A stretch of DNA of 64,000 nucleotides, taken from NCBI GenBank assembly GCA_965603475.1, contig CBFDDD010000001.1, positions 40,003-104,002 of the forward strand, given 5' to 3'. The notes beneath the pieces were generated by a model, which saw nothing but the letters and a program-made list of their open reading frames with translations, had not been told where the DNA came from and made no database searches. Source of the DNA: an uncultured Myxococcales bacterium (GTDB taxonomy: Bacteria; Myxococcota_A; UBA9160; UBA4427). How positions within the stretch are numbered: the first letter of the stretch is position 1; the number at the start of each line of letters is the position of its first letter. Below are positions 18,188-27,946 of the stretch, piece after piece. The position numbers and the translations under genes were made by a program.

Positions 18188-19217
18188 ACTGGCAAACTTC
18201 GAGTTCAGCGATCCGCTGCTGCTTCTCTTCGGTCTGTTGGCGCCCCTGGTGTACGTGCAGGCGAGCCGACTTCCATCCGTCGTCCACTATTCGAGCCTCC
18301 GCCTGGTCGCCGGGTCGACGCGGTCGCTTCGGTCGCGGCTGGGCTGGCTGCCCGCTGCGCTCCTGGCCCTGGCGACGCTGGCCTTGTCGGTCGCGCTGGC
18401 CGGCCCGAGAACGGGGAACTCCGTCAGTGAGGTGAAGCGAGAAGGCATCGCGATCGGGATGGTCGTCGATCGGTCCGGCTCGATGGAAGCGCGTGATTTC
18501 GTGCGCGGGGATACCAGTACGAGCCGACTCGATGTCGTGAAGAAGATCTTTCACGACTTCGTTGCCGGAGGAGGCAGTTTTGGGGAAGGTCGGGAAGACG
18601 ATCTGATCGGCCTGATCACTTTTGCACGTTATGCGGACGGGCTTTGTCCGTTGACTCTGGATCACGGGAGTCTGATTGCGATTCTCGACCAGATCGAGAC
18701 GCCTGTAGATCAGAATGAGGATGGAACCGCAGTCGGAGATGGGCTCGCACTCGCGGTCGAGCGGCTTCGCCGTCAAGAGGCGGCTTCGAAGATCGTCATT
18801 CTCCTGACCGACGGCGTCAACAACGCCGGTGAGATCGAACCGCTCCAGGCCGCGGAGCTGGCTGCTCAATACGGAATCAAGGTCTACACGATCGGTGCGG
18901 GTTATACCGGCTTTGCGCCTTATCCGGTTCGGCGTGCCGATGGTCGGACTTCGCTACAGCGCGTACCGGTTGAAATCGATGAGGTGACGTTGCAGCAGAT
19001 CGCACAGCGCAGTGGCGGTCGGTATTTTCATGCGACCAATGAGGAAGGGCTACGCGAGGTCATCGAGGAGATCGGGAGACTCGAGCGCAGCGAGGTCAGC
19101 GAGATTCGCTATCTCGAATACGACGTGCATTTTGCGCCCTTTGTGGCTTCGGCTCTCTTCCTCGTGACATTGGCTGCTCTGCTCTCGAGCACCTGGCTTC
19201 GGAGGTTGCCGGGATGA
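18180..19217 (+). CDS. VWA domain membrane protein, BatA-like
   Basis: N-terminal TM helices, MIDAS motif MVVDRSGSM, VILLTDGVNNAG, and a C-terminal TM. The start overlaps the upstream gene by 8 nt. Confidence 0.8.
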   Translation: MPELANFEFSDPLLLLFGLLAPLVYVQASRLPSVVHYSSLRLVAGSTRSLRSRLGWLPAALLALATLALSVALAGPRTGNSVSEVKREGIAIGMVVDRSGSMEARDFVRGDTSTSRLDVVKKIFHDFVAGGGSFGEGREDDLIGLITFARYADGLCPLTLDHGSLIAILDQIETPVDQNEDGTAVGDGLALAVERLRRQEAASKIVILLTDGVNNAGEIEPLQAAELAAQYGIKVYTIGAGYTGFAPYPVRRADGRTSLQRVPVEIDEVTLQQIAQRSGGRYFHATNEEGLREVIEEIGRLERSEVSEIRYLEYDVHFAPFVASALFLVTLAALLSSTWLRRLPG

Positions 19218-22200
19218 GCGATACACCCGTGCATTTCGTGCACCCCGAATTCATGCATGCGCTCTGGATCTGGGCATTCGCTGTGCTGGCACTCGTCTTG
19301 CTCGAGCGACGCGGTCACGGCGCGTTGGATCGGTTGGTGAGTCCCGCGCTGCGGGATCGGCTGGTCGACCGTCCCTCGCGCTGGCGGCGTTGGGCGCGCG
19401 TCGGGCTGCTCGGGTTGGCAGGGTTTTCGATGATCGTGGCCCTCATGCAGCCGCAGTGGGGCTCTCGCTTCGTGGCGACGCCGCGTGTCGGCGCGGAGAT
19501 CATGATCGCGCTCGATGTTTCGCGCTCGATGCTGGCAGACGATGCGAAACCCTCGCGACTCGAGCGTGCGAAGGCCGAGATCTCCGATCTGCTTTCGTAT
19601 CTCGATGACGACTATGTCGGCTTGATCGCCTTTGCGGGCAGGGCAGCCGTGCTCTCCCCGATGACTCCAGACAAGAGCTTTCTGCGCCTCGCTCTCGATC
19701 GGGCGGGGCCCCATGTCGTCTCGCGAGGCGGAACGAGCCTGGCCGAACCGATTCTTCGCGCCGTGGCCGGGATGGGCGAGCCGGGTCCTGCCCAGCGAGC
19801 GCTGCTCCTGATCACGGACGGAGAGGATCACGATTCCTTCGCAATGGACGCCGCAAAGACCGCGGCAGAGGCAGGAATCAAGATCATCGCGATCGGATTT
19901 GGCGACGAGGCCGGAAGCCAGATCTATCTTCGCGATCCGAAAACCGGCGCGCGTAGCCTTCTGCGTGACGGGGAAGGGCGCGCGGTCGTCAGTCGGCTCG
20001 ACGGTGATCTGCTTAGGGAGATTGCGCTCGAGACGGATGGCGCCTTTGTGCCTGCCGGTACAGGCGTGTTGGATCTGGCTTCGATCTACGATGCACACAT
20101 TGCACCGTTGACCCGAGGTCAACTCGATGAACGGGGTCGGACGATTCGGGACGAAGCCTTCCAGTTCTTCGTCCTGTTCGCGATCATCTGCCTTGTCGCC
20201 GCCGCGTCGATCGCTTCAGCATCGGGATCGAAGCGCGCCACGCGTGCATCGCGAGTCGTTCCGCTCTTAGTGGCGATCGTGTTTCTTTCAGTTTCAGCAC
20301 CGCCAGTCCATGCTCAATCCGAAGAAGCCGCCTCTCCCGCGCCACCGACCACTCCTGAAACACCCGCAATTCCGGGGCCAGACGGAGCGGGGCTTTCCGA
20401 GGATGCGAGCGGGACGAAAGAGGATTCCCGCTCGAGATTCAACCGTGGGAACGAGAAGCTCGAGGCCGGTGATCCGGTCGCGGCGACCGCGCTGCTGCGT
20501 GAAGCAAGGCGTGACGCGACCGATGATGTCGTTCTTCGTTATGCGGCGACCTACAATCTAGGTATGGCTGCGGCGGCAAGAGCAGACGCCCTCGAAGCCG
20601 AAAACGCGTCGGAGGCATTGGCCGCACTCTATGAAGCGGCAGACTGGTTTCGCGAGGCGGTCGTGGCGAGACCGGATGAGTCGGATCCACGTCACAATCT
20701 CGACGTGACACTGCGCCGTGCGCTGATTCTGTCGGATCAGATCTCGCGCGAGGACGCGAAAGAACTCGATGTAGAAATCGACGCGATGATCGAGGCCCAG
20801 CGGCAACACGTCGCTCAGACGGCGGGATTGCTCGAGGCGGTCGTGAGAGCCGGGGAGCTCGGTGCGGCCGAAGAACTGCGCCCGGCTTTTCGCGATTCCG
20901 CGACGCAACAGCGACTCATGCTTTCGGACGCGAACGCCCTGGGCGAGCGCGTCGCACGCGAACGAGAACAATTGATGGCTGCAGCGGAGGAGGAGCGTTC
21001 GCCTGAAGATGCTCTCAAAGCGGCACAGCTCGAGGCGGTTCTCGTTCATCTCGACAGTGCGATCGATCGAATGGGACAGACCCGCCGGCAACTTCGACAG
21101 CGCAGGGCAGAGCGTGCGTATCGCCGTGGCTCGAACGCGCTGGGAGATCTGAAGCGAGCCCGTGATCAGCTGCGCGACCTGGTTCCGCAGATCGATATCC
21201 TGTTGGCCGAAGTCGGGCAGCTCGCGAATTCGACAAGCGCCTTGGCCAATGCCGGACTATTGAGGGATCCCACGGCTGGGACGACGCAGCCGGCTGGCCT
21301 ACCCGCATTCTTGACTCGCGAGTCGGTCGAAGCCGATAGTGGGCAGATCGAAGCGCGGGTTGTCGAGTTGGCGACACGCCTCTCGCTTGCGGCGGAGCAG
21401 GCGCTGCAAGCCTCGGCGCCGGGTAGCTCGCCCGAGACTTCACCGCCGGGTTCGCCGGACCCAGCAACGCAAGCGATCGCATTCCAGTCGGCGGCGCCGC
21501 TCGTCGATTCGGCCGGTAGCGCAATGGCTCGGGTGACGGCGTCGATCGGCGCGGGCAACTACGATCTGGGGCTGCTCGACGAAGTGAAAGCCGGTGAAGC
21601 TCTGGCGGCGGCACGAGAGCATTTCCTGGACCTTCGCCAGCTCCTCAACGTGACCTATTCCGACGAGCAGCAGATCGCGAGGCTTGCCAGCTCCGACGAT
21701 CCGGCGCTCGTGCAGGAGCGTGAGGAGGTCGTGGTCGGACTCGCGGAAATTCAAGTGCAGAACAGCCAGCGAGTCCTTCGACTGGAGAAACTTCTGGAAC
21801 AGGAAAAGGCTTCTCGAATCGCACAGCTCGAAGCCGAGGCGACACCCGATGCGAATGCGCCCGAGGATGACAATGGGGGTCCGGTAGAACAGGAGCGACG
21901 TCGATTTGAGCTGGCCGATCAACTGCTTGCCCTGGCATCGGAGGGCATGGGAGAGACGACGGATGCACTCGGTCGAGCGGACGCCGAGCGCGCTCCCGAC
22001 TGGCCGCGGGTGAGCGAGGCGGCGACGCGCGCCACGGAGCATCTCGATGGAATCCGGACACTCTTCTTCTCGATCGCGGAACACGTGCGAAAGCTTGCCC
22101 AGGATCAGATCGACGTGCGCGATCGAACCCAGGATGTGATCGCGCTTTCAGTGACCGAATCAACGCCCAGTGGTGAAGCGAATACGCCCGAGTCATCCGA

Positions 22201-22843
22201 AGGGGCCGATGCAGCTGAATCGACGAGCGTTTCGGAGACTGAGTCGGAGTCCGAGCCGCCTCCCGAGTCGCGCGGCCCCGAGACCTTGATTCGCTCCCAG
22301 GCCCTCGCAGGCGAGCAGCAGAAGCTCGAAGCACGTGGAGGAGAACTGGCCGATGCACTCTTCGTGCAGGCAGAGGAGATGGGGCAGGGGGCAACCGAAG
22401 ACGCTCCGCCGGATGCGGGCGCCGAGCGCGACCGGATTCGAAAAGCAGCAGAGCATATTGCGCTTGCGCAGCTCGCGATGGTCGACGCGAGTGAGTCGTT
22501 GGAGGCGGAAACCGAACCACTGGCGCCGGCGCAAGTCGCCCAGACGCTGGCCGTCGACGAGCTGAACGCGGCGCTCGCCCTGCTTTCGCCCCCTCCTCCG
22601 CCGGAGCAGGGCGACCCGGAACAGGACGAATCGCAGTCGGAAGACGACTCGCAGGAAGATGGCGAGGAGGAAGAACAGGGAGATGGCGGGGCCGAGGCCA
22701 GTCCAGAGGATGCGGAGGAAGAATCGATGGACGACCTTTCGCAGCTGCTGCAAGGTGTTCGGGATCGTGACGCTGAAAGACGGCGTGATCAAGATCGAGA
22801 AGAGCAGCGACGGCGTACGGAGCCCGTGGGCAAAGATTGGTGA
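19214..22843 (+). CDS. giant VWA + TPR protein (BatB/BatC-like fusion) with long helical spacer and poly-acidic C-terminal tail
   Basis: Two N-terminal TMs, VWA MIDAS IALDVSRSM, LLLITDGEDHD, a third TM (FFVLFAIICLVAAASIASA) and a TPR-like RFNRGNEKLEAGDPVAATALLREA. About 700 aa of Ala/Glu/Arg/Leu-rich helix follow, then an acidic tail from aa 1125 (PPPPPEQGDPEQDESQSEDDSQEDGEEEEQ). The start forms an ATGA overlap. Confidence 0.7.
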   Translation: MSDTPVHFVHPEFMHALWIWAFAVLALVLLERRGHGALDRLVSPALRDRLVDRPSRWRRWARVGLLGLAGFSMIVALMQPQWGSRFVATPRVGAEIMIALDVSRSMLADDAKPSRLERAKAEISDLLSYLDDDYVGLIAFAGRAAVLSPMTPDKSFLRLALDRAGPHVVSRGGTSLAEPILRAVAGMGEPGPAQRALLLITDGEDHDSFAMDAAKTAAEAGIKIIAIGFGDEAGSQIYLRDPKTGARSLLRDGEGRAVVSRLDGDLLREIALETDGAFVPAGTGVLDLASIYDAHIAPLTRGQLDERGRTIRDEAFQFFVLFAIICLVAAASIASASGSKRATRASRVVPLLVAIVFLSVSAPPVHAQSEEAASPAPPTTPETPAIPGPDGAGLSEDASGTKEDSRSRFNRGNEKLEAGDPVAATALLREARRDATDDVVLRYAATYNLGMAAAARADALEAENASEALAALYEAADWFREAVVARPDESDPRHNLDVTLRRALILSDQISREDAKELDVEIDAMIEAQRQHVAQTAGLLEAVVRAGELGAAEELRPAFRDSATQQRLMLSDANALGERVAREREQLMAAAEEERSPEDALKAAQLEAVLVHLDSAIDRMGQTRRQLRQRRAERAYRRGSNALGDLKRARDQLRDLVPQIDILLAEVGQLANSTSALANAGLLRDPTAGTTQPAGLPAFLTRESVEADSGQIEARVVELATRLSLAAEQALQASAPGSSPETSPPGSPDPATQAIAFQSAAPLVDSAGSAMARVTASIGAGNYDLGLLDEVKAGEALAAAREHFLDLRQLLNVTYSDEQQIARLASSDDPALVQEREEVVVGLAEIQVQNSQRVLRLEKLLEQEKASRIAQLEAEATPDANAPEDDNGGPVEQERRRFELADQLLALASEGMGETTDALGRADAERAPDWPRVSEAATRATEHLDGIRTLFFSIAEHVRKLAQDQIDVRDRTQDVIALSVTESTPSGEANTPESSEGADAAESTSVSETESESEPPPESRGPETLIRSQALAGEQQKLEARGGELADALFVQAEEMGQGATEDAPPDAGAERDRIRKAAEHIALAQLAMVDASESLEAETEPLAPAQVAQTLAVDELNAALALLSPPPPPEQGDPEQDESQSEDDSQEDGEEEEQGDGGAEASPEDAEEESMDDLSQLLQGVRDRDAERRRDQDREEQRRRTEPVGKDW

Positions 22844-24798
22844 AGCGCAAGACCAGTACATCCCTGATCGGTCCGACCCGCGAAGGCACTCGCCGTGACG
22901 TTGTCCTGCTGTGTGTGTGGCAACGCGTGTTGCTACGAAGGTTGGGCGTTGCGAGCGTTCTCGGCCTGATGCTCCTGGCGGCCCCCGCCGTCGCGCAAGA
23001 CGTTCAGATCCAGATCGCCCGTGGACCCCATTATGTTGGCGAGGCCTTCGAGGTCCAAGTCGTTGCGAGTGATTTCGAGGAGGAGCCGCCTCCGGAGATC
23101 TCCGCCGGTCCTCTCGAAGGTGGACGTCTTCGTTATGTTGGCGTCTCGCCGAGTACTTCGACTTCGATCTCGATCATCAATGGAAAAATGAGTCGGGTAC
23201 ACGAAGTGACCTTCGTCTATCGATACGAATTGACCGGAACACGGGAGGGCCGAATCAAGATTTCTCCCTTCACCGTGGCCCAGGCGAACACTTCGCTCAG
23301 TACGCGCAGCTTCGATGTCGCCGTTGAAGGCGTTCCAGAAACGAATGACGTCGAGCTTGTGCTCGAGCTGCCCAAAGGTCCGATCTTCGTTGGACAGAAG
23401 GTTCCGGTCGCAATCGAGTTTCGCATCGATCGTCAGACTCAAAAGGACCTGATCTCCTATCAGGTCGACGTGCCCCTTTTTGATTCACCCACACTTCGTT
23501 TTCTCGACGAGCCACCTCCGCGGACCGATACGCAACTCGAAATCCAGACCGAGGCTGGCGTACTCCGGCTGGCTGCGGTCTCTTCGGAAACACAAATCCG
23601 AGGTCGACCGGCGCTGGTCGTTCGTGCCGAGAGGACGATGATCGCGATCTCGCCCGAAGAGATTCGGGCTGAGGCGCCGAAGGTCTTCATCAGCCAGGGA
23701 GCGGGTTTCCGTCGTGATGTCTTCAATCAGCGTCGGCCGACATCGACCGAGAAATTCATGGCGGTTGGAAGGCCCGTTCGGCTCGAGGTGATCGAGGTTC
23801 CGCGAACGGGTCGGCCAGCGAGTTTTGCGGGTGCGGTCGGGGCGGGCTTCAGCCTCGAGGTCGATGCGGATCGGAGTGTCGTGCAGCTGGGCGAGCCGAT
23901 CATGCTTTCGTTTCATCTCCGAGGCAATGGCGATCTTTCGAGTGCCAGTCTGCCGGCCCTCGGCGCCGAAGGGCTCTTCGATCCGACTCGCTTTCGACTC
24001 CCGCAAGATTCTCCGGCCGGGCTCGTCGACGAAGACGGGAAGCATTTCGAGGTGACTCTGCGAGTCCTGGACGCAGGGGTTCGGGAAATCCCAGCGCTGG
24101 CCTATTCGTGGTTTGATGCCGAGACTCGTCGTTTCGAAACGACTCGATCGCGACCGATCGCGCTTTCGGTCGGTGCGGCCGAGATCATTGGCGCCGACTC
24201 TGTTGCGCGACGTGACGGCGCTATTTCAGTGGCAGAAACGGAAGTGAAGGCTGCAGATCGCCCTCCCGAGCTTCCCGGCGATGGAACCGAGCGAAGCACG
24301 AAGTTGTCCCTGACGGGCGCAAACCTGGCGGTCGACCGTGATCTGACGCGACTACTTCGCGACGGGCACATGCAAGGACAGAATCTGGTGGTGACGCTGC
24401 CTCTCTACACGGCGGGCCTCGCCTTTCTCGCTCTGGCCGGTGTGATGGCGCGTCGTCGCGCAGCCGACCCACGACTCAGGGAGCGGACACAGGCGCTCAG
24501 CCAGGCGGAGCGGGCGATCACGAAAGCGTTCGGGCGATCCGACGGAGGCGGTCCAGCGGCTCTCGGTCGCGCTCTCAGGGAGTTGGTCGCGGCTCTTCCG
24601 AACGAGGCGAGTGCCGAGTTCGATCAGCTGATCGCGGAGTGTGACACCCTTCGATTCGCGCCGACTGCGGCTAGATCAGAGTCTGGCATAGAGGCCGCGG
24701 ATGGCTGTCCGCCCATTCCTCCAGACCTCCAGGAGCGGGCGCGACGCTTGATCGCCGAACGCATGAATCTGGATGGCGATTCCCTGGAGGACTCATGA
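22837..24798 (+). CDS. BatD-like (oxygen-tolerance family) exported protein with C-terminal TM
   Basis: Signal peptide (VLGLMLLAAPAVAQD), repeated Ig-like segments (FEVQVVASDFEE, FTVAQANTSLSTRSFDVAVEG), and a late TM (LVVTLPLYTAGLAFLALAGVMA). The exact start is uncertain; TTG 22837 is from the ORF track and later starts are possible. Confidence 0.6.
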   Translation: MVKRKTSTSLIGPTREGTRRDVVLLCVWQRVLLRRLGVASVLGLMLLAAPAVAQDVQIQIARGPHYVGEAFEVQVVASDFEEEPPPEISAGPLEGGRLRYVGVSPSTSTSISIINGKMSRVHEVTFVYRYELTGTREGRIKISPFTVAQANTSLSTRSFDVAVEGVPETNDVELVLELPKGPIFVGQKVPVAIEFRIDRQTQKDLISYQVDVPLFDSPTLRFLDEPPPRTDTQLEIQTEAGVLRLAAVSSETQIRGRPALVVRAERTMIAISPEEIRAEAPKVFISQGAGFRRDVFNQRRPTSTEKFMAVGRPVRLEVIEVPRTGRPASFAGAVGAGFSLEVDADRSVVQLGEPIMLSFHLRGNGDLSSASLPALGAEGLFDPTRFRLPQDSPAGLVDEDGKHFEVTLRVLDAGVREIPALAYSWFDAETRRFETTRSRPIALSVGAAEIIGADSVARRDGAISVAETEVKAADRPPELPGDGTERSTKLSLTGANLAVDRDLTRLLRDGHMQGQNLVVTLPLYTAGLAFLALAGVMARRRAADPRLRERTQALSQAERAITKAFGRSDGGGPAALGRALRELVAALPNEASAEFDQLIAECDTLRFAPTAARSESGIEAADGCPPIPPDLQERARRLIAERMNLDGDSLEDS

Positions 24799-25598
24799 AG
24801 CGTTCGGCCTTTGCGATCCTCGCTTTGATTTCGATCGGGCTCGTTGGGCCGGCCGCAGCGGGGTCGAATGCCTCGGATCAGGCCGAACGATTGGAGCAGG
24901 CGCTCAGCCAGTATGCGCAGGCCCTGGAGGAGCCGGATCGCGACGAACGGCTCGCGATCTTCGCGCAGGCCGAATACGGGTTCGATGCAGTGATCGAAGG
25001 TGGGACGGAAAATGCGTCCCTCTATACGAACCTCGGAAACGCAGCTCTTCAGGCGGAGCATATCGGGCAGGCTGTACTCGCGTATCATCGAGCGCTTCGA
25101 CTCGATCCCGATGCGACAACGGCGCGTCAGAATCTGATCCATCTTCGTACGCTCCTTCCGGGCTGGGTTCCGAGACCGACTTCATCCGACAGCGTGCAGC
25201 CGCTCTTCTTCTATCGTCGGATCTCGACAGCGAACCGTTCGTATCTGGCCGCGGGTTGTTTTGTTCTGGCCGCGGCGAGTCTCGCGATTTCCGTGCGTCG
25301 CCGTGAAGGGGCGTGGCGCGGAGCCGCTCTCATGGGCGGAGTGGCCTGGGCACTGATCGTGGCCTCGATCGTCTTCGATTCGGCCGAAAGCAGGACCGAG
25401 TTGGCTGTCATCACCGCTGACGAGGCGTTCGCCCGATCAGCAGACTCGCGGCTTGCGGCGCTCGCCTATCCCGACCCCCTACCCGGAGGCGTCGAGGTGG
25501 AACAGCTCGAGGAACGTGCCGACTGGACGAGGGTACGATTACAAAACGGTCGCGACGTGTGGGTGCGCGGGTCGGACGTGACGCGCGTGGTAGAGTGA
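24795..25598 (+). CDS. TPR + SH3b protein, BatE-like
   Basis: Signal peptide, TPR (NLGNAALQAEHIGQAVLAYHRALRLDPD), TM segments, and a C-terminal SH3-like WTRVRLQNGRDVWVRGSDV. ATGA overlap with the upstream gene. Confidence 0.6.
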   Translation: MKRSAFAILALISIGLVGPAAAGSNASDQAERLEQALSQYAQALEEPDRDERLAIFAQAEYGFDAVIEGGTENASLYTNLGNAALQAEHIGQAVLAYHRALRLDPDATTARQNLIHLRTLLPGWVPRPTSSDSVQPLFFYRRISTANRSYLAAGCFVLAAASLAISVRRREGAWRGAALMGGVAWALIVASIVFDSAESRTELAVITADEAFARSADSRLAALAYPDPLPGGVEVEQLEERADWTRVRLQNGRDVWVRGSDVTRVVE

Positions 25599-25677
25599 TC
25601 CACCAGGCTGCGAACGTGATATTGATTCCAGTTCGAATTAGTCGGATCGGTTGCATCGATTGAGAGGGGGGTGGCTC

Positions 25678-26838
25678 ATGGCCCGAATTCGAGTTGCCAT
25701 CGCAGGTGTCGGCAACTGCGCGAGCGCGCTGATTCAGGGAATCGAATACTACCGAACGCGCAGCGAGGCCGAGCACGTCGGATTGATGCACGCCCAGATT
25801 GCTGGCTATCGATCGTCGGATATCGAGATCGTGGCCGCCTTCGATGTCGACTCGAGAAAGGTGGGAACTCCGCTGGAGGAGGCGGTCTTTGCGGCGCCGA
25901 ATTGCGCTCAGGTCTTTGCGCCCGAGTTACCTGCGAGCGGAGTCGAGGTCCAGATGGGGCCCGTCCTGGATGGTGTGGCGCCGCATATGGAAAACTACCC
26001 GGAGTCCGAGGCGGTTCGCCTATCAGATCAGTCAGCGGTCGATGTCGTCGATGTGCTCAAGGCGACAGGAGCTGAAGTCCTCATCTGTTATTTGCCCGTC
26101 GGATCGGAACTCGCCGTGCGACATTATGCGCAGGCCTGTCTCGATGCGGGTGTTGCGTTGGTCAATTGTGTACCGGTCTTCATCGCATCGGACAGCTCCA
26201 CGGACAGCTCCACAGAGAAAGGCTGGCCCGAACGATTCAGGGCTGCGGGGCTTCCGATCATCGGCGATGATATCAAGAGCCAGGTGGGCGCGACGATCGT
26301 GCATCGAACGATTGGTCGTCTGCTGGCGGATCGTGGTGTCGAACTCGATCGGACCTATCAACTGAACACGGGCGGTAACACCGATTTTCTCAACATGTTG
26401 GAGAGAGACCGCCTCCAGTCGAAGAAGATCTCGAAGACGGAATCGGTACAGAGCCAGTTGGGCCAACGACTCGATTCTCGAGAGATCCATATTGGCCCTT
26501 CGGACTACGTTTCCTGGCAGAATGACAACAAGATTGCATTCATCCGCCTGGAAGGGCGGGGATTCGGGGGTGTGCCGCTCGAACTCGAACTTCGGCTCTC
26601 GGTACAGGATTCTCCAAACAGCGCCGGAGTCGTCATCGACGCTGTGCGCTGCGCAAAGCTCGCTCTCGATCGAGGCCTGGCCGGGCCGCTCGAGGTCCCG
26701 AGTGCCTATTTCATGAAGAGTCCGCCCGTACAGATGCGTGATGACGAGGCGAGACGCGCACTCGACCGCTTCATCGAGGACAAACCGCTTGCGAGCGCAT
26801 CGGATGAGGCTAAGAGATTCCCGTCCCGAGAGACGTAG
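25678..26838 (+). CDS. ino1: myo-inositol-1-phosphate synthase
   Basis: N-terminus [25 protein letters not shown], then [15 protein letters not shown] and [11 protein letters not shown], typical of bacterial/archaeal-type MIPS. Start set at ATG 25678. Confidence 0.85.
   Translation: MARIRVAIAGVGNCASALIQGIEYYRTRSEAEHVGLMHAQIAGYRSSDIEIVAAFDVDSRKVGTPLEEAVFAAPNCAQVFAPELPASGVEVQMGPVLDGVAPHMENYPESEAVRLSDQSAVDVVDVLKATGAEVLICYLPVGSELAVRHYAQACLDAGVALVNCVPVFIASDSSTDSSTEKGWPERFRAAGLPIIGDDIKSQVGATIVHRTIGRLLADRGVELDRTYQLNTGGNTDFLNMLERDRLQSKKISKTESVQSQLGQRLDSREIHIGPSDYVSWQNDNKIAFIRLEGRGFGGVPLELELRLSVQDSPNSAGVVIDAVRCAKLALDRGLAGPLEVPSAYFMKSPPVQMRDDEARRALDRFIEDKPLASASDEAKRFPSRET
26191..26214 (+). repeat. in-frame tandem 12-nt duplication inside ino1
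   Basis: GACAGCTCCACG is followed by GACAGCTCCACA (11 of 12 identical), encoding DSSTDSST. Confidence 0.8.
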
Positions 26839-26913
26839 GTCCTCGAGCAAGATGTTTTTGAGCAGCTCCGACCACAGGTCTGGGCTGTGGGCTTTGCGAT
26901 CCTCCAGCGTGGT

Positions 26914-26945
26914 GTTCAAAATTCGGAAATGTTCTCACTTTTGAC
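26914..26945. promoter_or_regulatory. AT-rich imperfect inverted repeat upstream of the Fur-family gene (candidate auto-operator)
   Basis: GTTCAAAA (26914-26921) ... N17 ... TTTTGAC (26939-26945). This is the most AT-rich patch of the local region and lies directly 5' of the regulator gene. Confidence 0.25.
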
Positions 26946-27488
26946 TTGCCGCAAAGCGTTCCACCCCACTATTGTTCGAGCGTGAATTCAACCCCCCCGG
27001 CTGATTCGACGTCTCCACGTCGCAACCGCTCTCGTCAGCGAGAACGTATCCGAAGCTGGCTTCAGCAGACCGATTCCCATCCGACGGCGGCCGATATCCA
27101 CGAAGCGCTGTTGCCCGAGATGTCTGGGCTCTCGCTCGGGACCATCTACCGAAACCTCGAGATACTCGTTGCCGACGGCGAGATTGATGAGGTTCCGTCC
27201 ACGGTTGGTGCAACACGCTACGACGGGAACGTTCTGCCCCATCATCATTTCAATTGCGAGCGATGCGGGAGAATCCTCGATGTGGATCTGCCGGTCCCGC
27301 GCGGGCTCACTCGACGTCTCGCCGACGACCATGGGCTTCACTCGAGTCGTACTCGAATTTCTTTCTTCGGACTCTGCTCCGTCTGTACGGAGAGTCCGGG
27401 GTTGGATGGAATGAACGATCAACCAGGACCAATCAAGCTCAATCAAGAACCAATCAACCAATCCAGGAGGAGGAACAGACATGGGTGA
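26946..27488 (+). CDS. Fur-family metalloregulator (PerR-like by context)
   Basis: Winged helix (SLGTIYRNLEILVADGEIDEV) and metal sites HHHFNCERCG and CSVC. The stop overlaps the rubrerythrin ATG by 8 nt. Start is uncertain: TTG 26946 or in-frame GTG 26982. Confidence 0.8.
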   Translation: MPQSVPPHYCSSVNSTPPADSTSPRRNRSRQRERIRSWLQQTDSHPTAADIHEALLPEMSGLSLGTIYRNLEILVADGEIDEVPSTVGATRYDGNVLPHHHFNCERCGRILDVDLPVPRGLTRRLADDHGLHSSRTRISFFGLCSVCTESPGLDGMNDQPGPIKLNQEPINQSRRRNRHG

Positions 27489-27906
27489 CCTGAAGGGAAG
27501 CCAGACGCACCAGAATCTCAAGGACGCCTTTGCGGGCGAGTCCCAGGCCAACCGCCGCTATCTCTATTTCGCGAAGCAGGCCGACATCGAGGGCTACCCG
27601 GACGTGGGTGGACTTTTTCGTGATACCGGGGAGGCCGAGACCGGTCATGCCCATGGTCATCTCGACTACTTGAAGCGCGTGGGCGATCCCGCGACCGATC
27701 TACCGATTGGTGACACGGGGCAGAACCTCGCTGCGGCCGTTGCGGGAGAGACCTACGAGTACACGGAGATGTATCCGGGTATGGCGAAGACGGCGCGCGA
27801 CGAGGGTCACGCGGATGTTGCGGAATGGTTCGAGACGCTCGCGAAGGCGGAGAAGTCCCATGCGGGACGTTTCCAGAAGGCGCTCGATACGCTGGAGACT
27901 CTGTAG
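27481..27906 (+). CDS. rubrerythrin-family diiron protein (no rubredoxin domain)
   Basis: [26 protein letters not shown] plus [10 protein letters not shown] and [11 protein letters not shown] plus AEKSHAGRF give the four-helix diiron ExxH pattern. At 141 aa it has no C-terminal CxxC pairs. Confidence 0.85.
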   Translation: MGDLKGSQTHQNLKDAFAGESQANRRYLYFAKQADIEGYPDVGGLFRDTGEAETGHAHGHLDYLKRVGDPATDLPIGDTGQNLAAAVAGETYEYTEMYPGMAKTARDEGHADVAEWFETLAKAEKSHAGRFQKALDTLETL

Positions 27907-27946
27907 GCCATCGGCCGACATGAGTCGCTGCGTTGTGTGCTTGATC

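Noticed and set aside
26941-26975. Sigma70-like promoter reading: TTGACT (26941-26946) with TATTGT (26970-26975) upstream of the Fur-family gene.
   Set aside because: The spacer is 23 nt, too long for a canonical -35/-10 pair. I kept only the AT-rich inverted repeat as a low-confidence regulatory feature.
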